A stretch of DNA of 31,621 nt from a virus (Duplodnaviria > Caudoviricetes). The notes beneath the pieces are model-generated. The model was not told the DNA's origin. It saw nothing but the letters and a program-made list of their open reading frames with translations, and did no database searches. Location of the stretch: the IMG/VR virus record IMGVR_UViG_3300023180_006927, positions 1 to 31,621 of that record; one strand, 5' to 3'. The translations under genes and the position numbers were made by a program. Positions 19,289-27,452 of the stretch are shown one piece after another; the stretch's first letter is position 1, and the number at the start of each line of letters is the position of its first letter.

Positions 19289-20320
19289 ATGAAGATAAAC
19301 CAACGACTGTTTGACCATTACGGCATAGACACAGGCAAGGACCTCAAGATGCAGGTCAGGTGTCCGAGGCCGTTCGACACCGTGCTGATAGACAAGCAGG
19401 GATCGTGCTACGCCTGTGAGTGCCAGGCCTGGTTGCCACAGAGCATAGGCAACCTTCAGTTGAAACCACTATCGGAGATACTGGGCGGCAACACACACCG
19501 GCACCTGCAGGCCACCATAGAGGACGGCACGTTCAGGTACTGCAACGAGCACAGGTGCACACACCTGCGGCACGGCATAGGCTGGGACGAGGGCAGGCCG
19601 TTCCAGGTGAGGCTGGCCATAGATGACAGTTGCAACCTGAGGTGTCCAAGTTGCCGCAAGGGCATGATATTCCACAAGGAGGGTTCAGCGTACCGGAGGG
19701 GCATCTTGCTGGCGGACAGGGTCAACGACTGGCTGGCCATGTGCGACACACCGATACAGGTGCACATAGGATCCGATGGTGACCCGTTCGCTTCCCATGT
19801 GTACAGGCACTTCATGGAGCACACGCCCGTGCGCGACAACATAGAATACACCATCCTCACCAACGGGCTCATGTTCCAGGAGTTCCACACACGTGTTCCG
19901 CACGTGATAGGACGCACGACGCAACTGGGCGTGAGCATAGATGGCGCCACCCGAGAGACCTACGAGCGGCTGAGGCTGGGCGGGCGTTGGAACAAGATAC
20001 AAGAGAACCTGGAGTGCATGCGACAACAGAAGCGCGAGCACGGGTTCGAGTTCGTCATGCACTTCGTGGTGCAGAGGCACAACTACCACGAGATGCGTGA
20101 TATCATATACCTGGCGGAGCAGTACGAGGTGGACCGGTTGTGGCTGAACAAGATCGAGGACTGGGGCGTGATGTCGGACTGGCGCGAGCAGGACATATTC
20201 CGTCCAGACCATCCAGAGCATGACAGGTTCCAGCAGGAACTGGAGCGTGTGAAGCCGTTGCTGGACCACGAGCACACCAGACCCAGGGTGCAGGCTCCCA
20301 GGCTCTACAAACGCAATTAG
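19289..20320 (+). CDS. Radical SAM protein with an N-terminal SPASM-like Cys cluster
   Basis: CPRPF...IDKQGSCYACEC...GNL...YC...C, then CNLRCPSC, GDPF, TNG, VSIDGAT. Confidence 0.85.
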   Translation: MKINQRLFDHYGIDTGKDLKMQVRCPRPFDTVLIDKQGSCYACECQAWLPQSIGNLQLKPLSEILGGNTHRHLQATIEDGTFRYCNEHRCTHLRHGIGWDEGRPFQVRLAIDDSCNLRCPSCRKGMIFHKEGSAYRRGILLADRVNDWLAMCDTPIQVHIGSDGDPFASHVYRHFMEHTPVRDNIEYTILTNGLMFQEFHTRVPHVIGRTTQLGVSIDGATRETYERLRLGGRWNKIQENLECMRQQKREHGFEFVMHFVVQRHNYHEMRDIIYLAEQYEVDRLWLNKIEDWGVMSDWREQDIFRPDHPEHDRFQQELERVKPLLDHEHTRPRVQAPRLYKRN

Positions 20321-20321
20321 A

Positions 20322-21017
20322 TTATTTCAATTTGGGACCGAACCTATCCAGGAACAACTTTGCGAAACGCTCATGGTGTTCGATGCCGTAGTGTGCGCCA
20401 TCCCTGGCGTATGATGGTGAGGCGTGGAGGTCCCTGGCAGTGAACTTGTCCCAGTGGGGCCAGCAGTTCCTCAGCGTGTAATCCTCCAGCACGTTCAGTT
20501 GAGGATCCACCTGCTTGATGTCCACGTATGTCTGTGCGAAACAGTGGAACACCTTGGCCCGCTTGTGCTCTGCGAATTTCTGCACGAAGAAAAGTGAACG
20601 GTAGAACACCTGTAGGTCATCATCACTGGTCTGGTATCGCAACTTCTCGTCGGTGCCCAGGAGGTTCAGTGGTGTGTTCTTGGAACCACTATACCATTCT
20701 CGCCTGCTGGTCTCGGGCCAGCATATTATGATAATGTTTGGGTCCAGCGTCTTCTCTGTGCTGTACAGCATACGTACCACTCCCTCCGGACTGTATCCAG
20801 GTTGTCCGAGGTTCCAGTACCTAAGTCGTTGTGTGTTCCATTGGCTGACGTGGTGTGCCCATGTCTCCTCTGGCTCCAATCCCACTCCCCAGGTGTGCGA
20901 ACAACCCAGTATGACCACGTTCTTCTTGCCATCTGGCATGGGGTTCCACGACGGGCACCTGAACGGCCAGTCGTCAAAAGCCTTGGGCTCTCTGTCAGAG
21001 AAAAATCCGTACCTCAT
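20322..21017 (-). CDS. SGNH/GDSL-like hydrolase or acyltransferase-family protein
   Basis: GCSHTWG, NLGQPGYS, DGAHYG. Start placed at ATG 21017 (ATGA overlap with the upstream gene). Confidence 0.65.
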   Translation of the reverse strand: MRYGFFSDREPKAFDDWPFRCPSWNPMPDGKKNVVILGCSHTWGVGLEPEETWAHHVSQWNTQRLRYWNLGQPGYSPEGVVRMLYSTEKTLDPNIIIICWPETSRREWYSGSKNTPLNLLGTDEKLRYQTSDDDLQVFYRSLFFVQKFAEHKRAKVFHCFAQTYVDIKQVDPQLNVLEDYTLRNCWPHWDKFTARDLHASPSYARDGAHYGIEHHERFAKLFLDRFGPKLK

Positions 21018-21316
21018 ACGCTCCCCTTCGACAGCATCATCTGTTGCTTGATCTTCATGCTTATGTACAGTTCCATGAAACCCATCCTGCCCTTGCGTCC
21101 GAACAGATCCGGGTATTTTAGTTTGCCAACCACGAGGTGTTTCTCGTCGCCGTAGCATTCCAGGATGTTCTTCTTCTTGAGGTGTCTAAATCTCAAAGCC
21201 TTGTTCTCATCCAGGTACTGTATCAAGGGTGATTCCTTTTTCAGCAACATTTTTGCCACATAGGCAGGCACGTTCTCGTTGCGTTCGCTGAGTTGTATGG
21301 AATAGAATCTTTTCAC
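21014..21316 (-). CDS. Hypothetical protein
   Basis: 100-aa ORF with GTG start, coupled to the SGNH gene. Confidence 0.6.
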   Translation of the reverse strand: MKRFYSIQLSERNENVPAYVAKMLLKKESPLIQYLDENKALRFRHLKKKNILECYGDEKHLVVGKLKYPDLFGRKGRMGFMELYISMKIKQQMMLSKGSV

Positions 21317-21336
21317 ACAATTAATTATTGTGCTAA

Positions 21337-21413
21337 TGGTGGACCGGACAGGATTCGAACCTATGGCCTTGAGTTCCGCAAACTCACGCTCTATCCAACT
21401 GAGCTACCGGTCC
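21337..21413 (-). tRNA. tRNA-Arg(GCG)
   Basis: Full cloverleaf: acceptor GGACCGG/CCGGTCC, anticodon arm TGAGT-TTGCGGA-ACTCA, T-loop GTTCGAATC, encoded CCA. Confidence 0.92.
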
Positions 21414-21415
21414 TT

Positions 21416-21492
21416 TGGCGTGCCCGGCAGGATTCGAACCTGCGACCCCAAGTTTAGGAAACTCGTATTCTATCCAACTGAACTACGGGCAC
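21416..21492 (-). tRNA. tRNA-Arg(CCT)
   Basis: Acceptor GTGCCCG/CGGGCAC, anticodon loop TTCCTAA, T-loop TTCGAAT, encoded CCA. Confidence 0.92.
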
Positions 21493-21497
21493 CTGTG

Positions 21498-21571
21498 TGG
21501 TGGAGGATAGGAGAGTCGAACTCCTGACTCATCCATGCCATGGATGCGTGATCCCACTTCACCAATCCCCC
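21498..21571 (-). tRNA. tRNA-Ala(GGC)
   Basis: Acceptor GGGGGAT/ATCCTCC with G3.U70, anticodon loop ATGGCAT (A32-U38), encoded CCA. Confidence 0.92.
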
Positions 21572-21643
21572 AAACGAACCAATCGCATGCAAGACCAATG
21601 AGTTTTTTGGTGTATATGGTAATTCTGGCATAATTGGTTCAAA

Positions 21644-21719
21644 TGGTGCCGCTTCACGGATTCGAACCGCGGACCTACTGATTACAAATCAGTTGCTCTA
21701 CCAACTGAGCTAAAGCGGC
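21644..21719 (-). tRNA. tRNA-Thr(TGT)
   Basis: Acceptor GCCGCTT/AAGCGGC, anticodon arm ACTGA-TTTGTAA-TCAGT, encoded CCA. Confidence 0.93.
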
Positions 21720-21731
21720 ATCACAGTTATT

Positions 21732-21760
21732 ATATTACACTATAAACCCGTTCTAGTCTA
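21732..21760 (-). promoter_or_regulatory. sigma70-type promoter for the tRNA cluster
   Basis: TAGACT-17-TAATAT, 12 nt upstream of tRNA-Thr. Confidence 0.5.
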
Positions 21761-21925
21761 CCTTTTAAACGCACACAGACGCCTGTATATTGCTGGTAAA
21801 AATACTTCTGGAGTAGTTGCCTATCGAGTTGATTTACCTAGTAAAATATGCTATGTTATAAAAGCATAACTGATATGCAAGTAACACATAAATAATAGAC
21901 CCAACAAGGTATTAGAGGAGAACAT

Positions 21926-22105
21926 ATGAGAGACACAAAGTCAATAATTGCTTACGCAAAACAAATGCAGAAGAAGGCCAAAGAATCTGTGTTAGGTAAA
22001 CTGTTGCGTAGAGAAGTTGAAGTTGGTGCCAACGGCACACAACAGTATGTTATCAAGAACGGCGCCAACGCTGGAAAGATCGCTGTAAAAGATTCTTTCC
22101 AATAG
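21926..22105 (+). CDS. 59-aa hypothetical protein (not in the ORF track)
   Basis: SD GAGGAG; MRDTKSIIAYAKQMQKKAKE...GANGTQQYVIKNGANAGK. Confidence 0.7.
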   Translation: MRDTKSIIAYAKQMQKKAKESVLGKLLRREVEVGANGTQQYVIKNGANAGKIAVKDSFQ

Positions 22106-22137
22106 AGGCTAATACTGTTCGTGGTTAAATAACCGCG

Positions 22138-22425
22138 ATGACATCCAAAACACTCAAGACACTTGCGACCATACTGATCGCCATCACTCTGTCTGGCTGT
22201 GCCAACAAACAGTTGGAGACAAAGGGACCAAAACAACCCACCACTTTGGACACAGTTGGTAATGTAAAGAATCTAGGCCTAATGCTCGGATGTATGTTCG
22301 CACCAAACAATCCGGACTGTGAAAAGTACAGGAACAAAAAGTCGGATGATAACCCACATCAGACACAAGATGAATATCTTAAAGAAGTTGATGAAAGTTT
22401 TGAAAAGTTTGATGAGAACTCTTAA
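22138..22425 (+). CDS. Predicted lipoprotein
   Basis: Signal peptide with lipobox LSGC. Confidence 0.7.
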   Translation: MTSKTLKTLATILIAITLSGCANKQLETKGPKQPTTLDTVGNVKNLGLMLGCMFAPNNPDCEKYRNKKSDDNPHQTQDEYLKEVDESFEKFDENS

Positions 22426-22733
22426 ACCTTAAGTTGACCGTCTAATTGTAAGCCTTCCAACTCTGCTGGTTTCCCTTTGGGATATGTGGGTTCTATATGA
22501 AACTCCTCACCTGTCTCGTCATTCTTACAACCCGCTAACAACCAATCATACTGGAATTCCATGTCGTTGACAAACTCCCAGAGTACATCATAGGTGTCCC
22601 TCACGGGATCTTTGAGTAGCAGTTCATTCTTACACTCCTCCATGGAGCCAAATTTTTTCTCCATCTCAAATGTCTGCATGGTGATTATAGGGTCCTGGCC
22701 TATCAAGTAGGCCAGTATCAGTATCTTGTACAT
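22422..22733 (-). CDS. Hypothetical exported or membrane-anchored protein
   Basis: Start ATG 22733 (MYKILILAYL) overlaps the stop of the upstream lipoprotein; two Cys. Confidence 0.6.
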   Translation of the reverse strand: MYKILILAYLIGQDPIITMQTFEMEKKFGSMEECKNELLLKDPVRDTYDVLWEFVNDMEFQYDWLLAGCKNDETGEEFHIEPTYPKGKPAELEGLQLDGQLKV

Positions 22734-22930
22734 TATTTGCCTTCGGGTAGGTGGACACACTGACCTTCAGAGGCCTTGAGTCCTGCCTTTTTGTCATAGA
22801 GCCACACATATGAATATGTGATGTCCGAGCCCGATACTTGACACTTCTTACCAAAACTTAACTTTGGGTTCGAAGGTATCGCGCAACCTGTGAGCATTAA
22901 TGCAAGTGCTATTATAATACTAGTTTTCAT
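22733..22930 (-). CDS. Predicted small lipoprotein
   Basis: MKTSIIIALALMLTGC lipobox. Confidence 0.7.
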   Translation of the reverse strand: MKTSIIIALALMLTGCAIPSNPKLSFGKKCQVSGSDITYSYVWLYDKKAGLKASEGQCVHLPEGK

Positions 22931-22998
22931 ATGCAGTAATTATAACATATTTTGGCTGTATGTAAAGAAATAAATATGGTTACTATAAGGAGAACAAT

Positions 22999-23109
22999 AT
23001 GTTTTTTACATTAGGAATAATCATCGGAATAGCAGTGGGTTGGTTTGCCAATGAGAAATGGGATGACCTTAAATCTGCAAGTTCAAAGGCAATGTTTTGG
23101 AAAAAATAA
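22999..23109 (+). CDS. 36-aa single-TM protein (not in the ORF track)
   Basis: SD AAGGAG; MFFTLGIIIGIAVGWFANEKWDDLK...MFWKK. Confidence 0.65.
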   Translation: MFFTLGIIIGIAVGWFANEKWDDLKSASSKAMFWKK

Positions 23110-23261
23110 TGTTGGCGAAATTCGTATTCATGTTGTTGCTTGTAGGGTCCACGCCCGAGCAAACAACATGGGTATGGCCCGAAGCGTACACCTATCCTGA
23201 AGAAAGAAACGTGTTAGTCGCCGTGCCTGTGGTGCCGGTGTCTGTAACTGTACTGAACTAA
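23109..23261 (+). CDS. 50-aa hypothetical protein (not in the ORF track)
   Basis: TAATG coupling to the upstream gene; hydrophobic N-terminus MLAKFVFMLLLVG. Confidence 0.45.
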   Translation: MLAKFVFMLLLVGSTPEQTTWVWPEAYTYPEERNVLVAVPVVPVSVTVLN

Positions 23262-23279
23262 TATGACGGAGGACGACAT

Positions 23280-23441
23280 ATGCTTAAATGGATTAAGAAG
23301 TTATGGAAAAGATACTACGAGTTCACTATCAAATCCTACGAGGAGAAGCCACCTGTAATCTACAAGGTGGGCAACAAGCGTTTCGTCAAACACAAACGGT
23401 TCAGTAAAGGTCCAGTCCCAAAAACAAGATACGAGGAATAA
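23280..23441 (+). CDS. 53-aa basic protein (not in the ORF track)
   Basis: SD GGAGG; MLKWIKKLWKRYYEF... Confidence 0.6.
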   Translation: MLKWIKKLWKRYYEFTIKSYEEKPPVIYKVGNKRFVKHKRFSKGPVPKTRYEE

Positions 23442-23442
23442 T

Positions 23443-24060
23443 CTATCTCTGTATGTGCTTGACGAAGATGTTGGTGACGTGTTCGTTATTGATCACGTGA
23501 TCCACCTGCACAGCGATGTCTCTCGACTCCAGAGCGTTGGCGTGTGGACCCGTCCAGTTCGCTTGGTCATCGGTCAACGGCACACCCCAGTTCTTCCTCA
23601 TGGAAGATTTTATCCTACCTAGGCTGAAGTCAACAAATCGAAACTGCTTGGTTTCATTGCGTAAAGTTTCTATCATAAACTTCAATCCGTACTTGGCAGT
23701 GTGATAGGCACCTGCACTGCTGGAGTTTGAATCCTGGTGGGTGGTCATATAGATTATTGTCCCTTTTTCGTTCTGCCTGGTGAATATCTGTGTCAGCAAC
23801 ATTGGTGCCAGTTGATTGCACTTCATGACATTCATCCATTGTTCGAAAGGCGAGTCTATGAACTTTTGGTGTCCTTTGTCGTGACCCGCATTGCAGATCA
23901 ACACATCATAACCCTTGAGGTCTATGCCCTGTAACTTGTCGAGGTCATGGTGATCCCATTCCGGCCTATTGATTTCAAATATCTCGTGACCCTTTGACGA
24001 CAGTAATTCGGTAGTGGCCTTGCCTATGCCACTAGTGGTTCCTGTGATTGCGATCTTCAT
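23443..24060 (-). CDS. Short-chain dehydrogenase/reductase
   Basis: TGTTSGIG, ICNAG, catalytic YHTAK. Confidence 0.88.
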   Translation of the reverse strand: MKIAITGTTSGIGKATTELLSSKGHEIFEINRPEWDHHDLDKLQGIDLKGYDVLICNAGHDKGHQKFIDSPFEQWMNVMKCNQLAPMLLTQIFTRQNEKGTIIYMTTHQDSNSSSAGAYHTAKYGLKFMIETLRNETKQFRFVDFSLGRIKSSMRKNWGVPLTDDQANWTGPHANALESRDIAVQVDHVINNEHVTNIFVKHIQR

Positions 24061-24061
24061 C

Positions 24062-24841
24062 TTAGTAGTACTTGGGATGGTCCTTCATGGGAGTGTCCTT
24101 GACATTGTCCCTGGTCCTGATCGTCTCTGCACCATCGAACACAATGTTCTGCCCTGTCATGAACTTGTTGGTATCGCTGTTCAACCAAAGCAACACGTTG
24201 GCAACGTTTTCTGATTCCGTTCCCGTGCCCAATGGTATATCATTTTTGTATATCTTTTTCAGTGCCTCGCCATGGTAACCCACGTACAAGTTCTTGGTTC
24301 TCTTTGAGTTTCCAAGTATCACATTATTGAATAAGTTTTTCTTCCAGGTCCAGAAAGCACTCGCAGACCTGAAGTAGAACTCCGCCATGTGTTTGGCCCC
24401 ACCAGTCGCTGGCTTGTTCGGACCACCTGCGTAGATCAAGGAACTGATCCCAGATATACTTGCCCATTTCATTAGATTGTTCTCGTCAGAGAGTTCAGGT
24501 TTGCACTCAATGATCAAACTTGCCAACGGCTCTGCACACATCTTCACCGCGTGTTGTATGTCCTCAAGTTTCAGTTTGTCCCAGCCTATGTTCCAACTTT
24601 CGCCGACCAGCCAGTACACCTTTGTTATCGGTCCTTGTTGTCTTGCTGTCTCCACAACATCTTTCATGTCGGTGCCCTCAAACATATTTTTTTGCACCAT
24701 TGTGATGTTTGGATTCTTCTCTAATTCTTTTGCGTGGTCGTCGTACTTCCTGTATGTACCTACCACCTTGTGTGTCTTTGCTTCTTCCTGTGCCACGAAA
24801 CTTCCTATCGAACCATTAGCACCGCAAATCAAAACTGTCAT
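24062..24841 (-). CDS. SDR-family oxidoreductase, atypical (catalytic Tyr absent)
   Basis: CGANGSIG, IPLG, FMTGQNIVFDG; TGGAK in place of YxxxK. Confidence 0.75.
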   Translation of the reverse strand: MTVLICGANGSIGSFVAQEEAKTHKVVGTYRKYDDHAKELEKNPNITMVQKNMFEGTDMKDVVETARQQGPITKVYWLVGESWNIGWDKLKLEDIQHAVKMCAEPLASLIIECKPELSDENNLMKWASISGISSLIYAGGPNKPATGGAKHMAEFYFRSASAFWTWKKNLFNNVILGNSKRTKNLYVGYHGEALKKIYKNDIPLGTGTESENVANVLLWLNSDTNKFMTGQNIVFDGAETIRTRDNVKDTPMKDHPKYY

Positions 24842-24860
24842 CTATTCTCCTTGTATTGAA

Positions 24861-24884
24861 GTGTGTGGCCCGGAGGCCACGCAC
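24861..24884 (-). terminator. GC-rich hairpin 3' of the TctC-like gene (stabiliser or attenuator)
   Basis: GTGCGTGGCC-TCCG-GGCCACACAC with a cUCCGg loop and no real U-tract. Confidence 0.55.
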
Positions 24885-24894
24885 CACTGGTGTA

Positions 24895-25767
24895 TTATTT
24901 TCCTACCCAACTTTTTCCCGCTTTATCTAATATCGCGGACCAACCTGTGGAGTCTAAGTCTCCGTACACAGATGGATGGAATAGTTTTTTCTTTTCGATG
25001 TGTCCTGTAACAGAACCGTCCTTTAACACGTTCACCCATGCCGCTCTAAGTTTGGCTACATCGGCTTCGCTCATGTTAGCAGAATCCAAGTAAGTGAACG
25101 TTTGGATGTCATTGTACTTGTAGTCTGGGAATAGGTCTGCCATTGGCTCCATGTCTAAGATCTTTGTAGGTCCGGTGTTCGCCCAACAAGAGATACCGTT
25201 CTTTGTCACACCGCTAACTGCTTTTGGCATGTTAGTGAATAACATATCTGTATCACCTGCAATGAAACCTTTGAGACTCTTACCTGATGAACCGTATGGA
25301 ACGAACTTCATAGGTGTGCCAGTCACTTCAACCAACGGGTCAATCAAGTGCTGACCGTATGAGTTTGAAACTGCGAATGTAAGTCTCTTACCGGCTTTCA
25401 ATTTGTTTACCGCAATGTCAATGCTGTCGTTAGAACAGAATGCCATTGCTCTGCCCCAACCTGTTCCGATCCATGATTCCGGAGAGGCCTGTAATTCATT
25501 TCCTACAGTTTCGTGCTCCAGTGTGTTTTGGATCCAAACACTTGGGTTCTTGCTTGTTTTTAGATAGATAGTGGCTCCAACTGTGCTGTCAACGATGATC
25601 TTGTTGAACTTGTATCCTGTCTCTCTTTCCAAGATAGGAATGAACAATTCAGCGTTGTCGTAAGCAGTTCCACCCGGGGTACCTGTTACTAGGTAATCGA
25701 TTGTCTTTGCATTCACAGACGTAAGGGACATCAGTGAAACAAAAAACGCGATGATTGTCTTCTTCAT
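24895..25767 (-). CDS. tctC: Tripartite tricarboxylate transporter substrate-binding protein (TctC/Bug family)
   Basis: Signal peptide, GTPGGTAYD, FVPYGSSGKSLKGFIAGDTD, VAKLRAAW; next to TctA. Confidence 0.75.
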   Translation of the reverse strand: MKKTIIAFFVSLMSLTSVNAKTIDYLVTGTPGGTAYDNAELFIPILERETGYKFNKIIVDSTVGATIYLKTSKNPSVWIQNTLEHETVGNELQASPESWIGTGWGRAMAFCSNDSIDIAVNKLKAGKRLTFAVSNSYGQHLIDPLVEVTGTPMKFVPYGSSGKSLKGFIAGDTDMLFTNMPKAVSGVTKNGISCWANTGPTKILDMEPMADLFPDYKYNDIQTFTYLDSANMSEADVAKLRAAWVNVLKDGSVTGHIEKKKLFHPSVYGDLDSTGWSAILDKAGKSWVGK

Positions 25768-25799
25768 TTATTTTTCCTTTGTTTAAGTTAACTTTCAAC

Positions 25800-25828
25800 A
25801 TTATACATTTTTGAGTACAACGTGTCAA
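25800..25828 (-). promoter_or_regulatory. Perfect-consensus sigma70 promoter for tctC-SDR-SDR
   Basis: TTGACA-17-TATAAT on the minus strand. Confidence 0.85.
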
Positions 25829-26024
25829 CAGTCAGGACACGAGTCAAGCAATAGGAGTTAGTTATTCCTGTACGTGTCCTGTCTGTTTTGGAAATGTTTG
25901 CGAATGCTCACGGGCTGGCGTTCTCTAATGAGTAAAGAGAGATCTGATATTGGCATATTGCGATCTCTCAGGCGTCAGTTTTTATCCCGACGTCGATGTT
26001 GCTATCGGCGTTACGTGGGTATTT
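25827..26024 (+). ncRNA. Candidate structured non-coding RNA, family not recognised
   Basis: Several nested stems of 6-11 bp with about 12 G.U pairs on the + strand; no ORF of 60 aa or more. Confidence 0.5.
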
Positions 26025-26036
26025 ATTTTGGTAATA

Positions 26037-27446
26037 TTATCTGATACCGAGATTTGGAATGTGTGGTAACCAGTCAGAGTAGATATGTAACAGCCTTATC
26101 ACTGCACCCTGTATCTGTCCCTGCAGAACAAATGCGAAGATCACTATCAGTGTGTCCCATCTTCGCAGTAGGTATCCGATAGGCAACAGTGCGGCGGTAA
26201 CCATCATGTAGTACATCTGCTGTTGCACAATGGTGCCCATGTAGAACACCAGACACATCAACAGTATGAACGTGAGAGTGTACAGCAGTTTCTGATTAAT
26301 TTTGAACAGCACGTGTAGGTGCTTGGCAAATGGCCATGCCGCTAGTAGACACAGAGCATTCATCACTATGAAGTAAATCACTAACTGACCAAACATGCCT
26401 GAAGCCACTGTGGTCTCCCAATTTATGACCTGCATATTGTTCTCGATTATGTTCAGCACGATCGCCTCGCTGGTGGTGATCGGTATCCCTATCAACAGCA
26501 GGGGTGTGAGTTGTGTCAGTCCGGCCGCGTTGTTGGCCGTCTCTGCACTGACAAGGCTCTTGATGTCTCCGTTCTCGTCATAGGCGCCTTTCTTCTTCTG
26601 CCTGTTCATCTCCCTGATGTAGGCCACGTTACTGGCCAGGGTAGATGTCATGTGTGGCACCAGTCCACATAGACTGCCTATCACTGTCCCACGTATGCTG
26701 GAACCTATGTTGTTCCAGAACTCTCTCAGGTGTTGCACGAACTTGTTGTCCCACAACTTGTCCAGTGCGCTGGAGTCGGGCCTAGGACTGTTCCACTCCT
26801 TGAGGAAGATTGGGAACACGAACAGTGCCACCACCACTGGATACAGGGGCAGACCGAAGTGTAGGTAGTAGAACTTCTTGTAGTCTATCAGCCATTCGTA
26901 GTTGTACTGCATCAGTTCCTTGGAGAATCCTATGGAACTCAGGAACCAACCTATGGCGAACAGCAAGAGATTGTGATACCACTTCTGTCCGGCGTAGGTC
27001 ATTATCAGGAATATCGCGACACCTATCAGTATCACAGATTGTATGTGTGTGTTGTAGAATTTTGATATGGCGTACACCCCCACAGGCAACAGCAACAACA
27101 TTATGCCAGAAGCAATACCGGCGCCAAAGAAACTGCCTATGGCACTGTTGCTGATCGCGTAGTTGCCCCTGCCCGAAAGGAACATCCTGTGTCCTTCAGT
27201 GACCGCAGGTAGACTGGAAGTCTCGCCTGGCACCGCGAGGGTGGTGGCCACCACACTGCCCGTGTACTGTGCGGCTCCCGCCAGGCACATATAGAACAGC
27301 ACTATCTGGAATAGATCGAAGTCCGTTATGAATGGGTAAACCAATATCAGTGTTATGACATTACCAATGCCCGGCAGTACTCCTGCCACTAGGCCAAGCA
27401 GTATACCCGCAAACATTATTATTAGATTCAAGAAAACCGGATCCAT
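26037..27446 (-). CDS. tctA: Tripartite tricarboxylate transporter large permease (TctA family)
   Basis: GLVAGVLPGIG, AVPGETSS...EGH, SAETANNA, LLLIGIP; many TM segments. Confidence 0.85.
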   Translation of the reverse strand: MDPVFLNLIIMFAGILLGLVAGVLPGIGNVITLILVYPFITDFDLFQIVLFYMCLAGAAQYTGSVVATTLAVPGETSSLPAVTEGHRMFLSGRGNYAISNSAIGSFFGAGIASGIMLLLLPVGVYAISKFYNTHIQSVILIGVAIFLIMTYAGQKWYHNLLLFAIGWFLSSIGFSKELMQYNYEWLIDYKKFYYLHFGLPLYPVVVALFVFPIFLKEWNSPRPDSSALDKLWDNKFVQHLREFWNNIGSSIRGTVIGSLCGLVPHMTSTLASNVAYIREMNRQKKKGAYDENGDIKSLVSAETANNAAGLTQLTPLLLIGIPITTSEAIVLNIIENNMQVINWETTVASGMFGQLVIYFIVMNALCLLAAWPFAKHLHVLFKINQKLLYTLTFILLMCLVFYMGTIVQQQMYYMMVTAALLPIGYLLRRWDTLIVIFAFVLQGQIQGAVIRLLHIYSDWLPHIPNLGIR

Positions 27447-27452
27447 AGCGTT

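Noticed and set aside
19456-20277. Long antisense ORFs (164 and 196 aa) over the radical SAM gene, and similar ORFs over the helicases, tctA and clpP
   Set aside because: Expected shadows of codon bias; no motifs, SD sites or promoters.
21572-21643. tRNA-associated HDV-like (theta) ribozyme
   Set aside because: No G-initiated P1 after the tRNA 3' end, no nested double pseudoknot found, and the tRNAs already encode CCA.
25921-25975. Glycine riboswitch (CTCTCAGG) or hammerhead (CTAATGAG) identity for the structured element
   Set aside because: The glycine aptamer's CCGAAG element is absent, the hammerhead CUGAUGA/GAAA core is not correctly formed, and the strand is opposite to the downstream gene.
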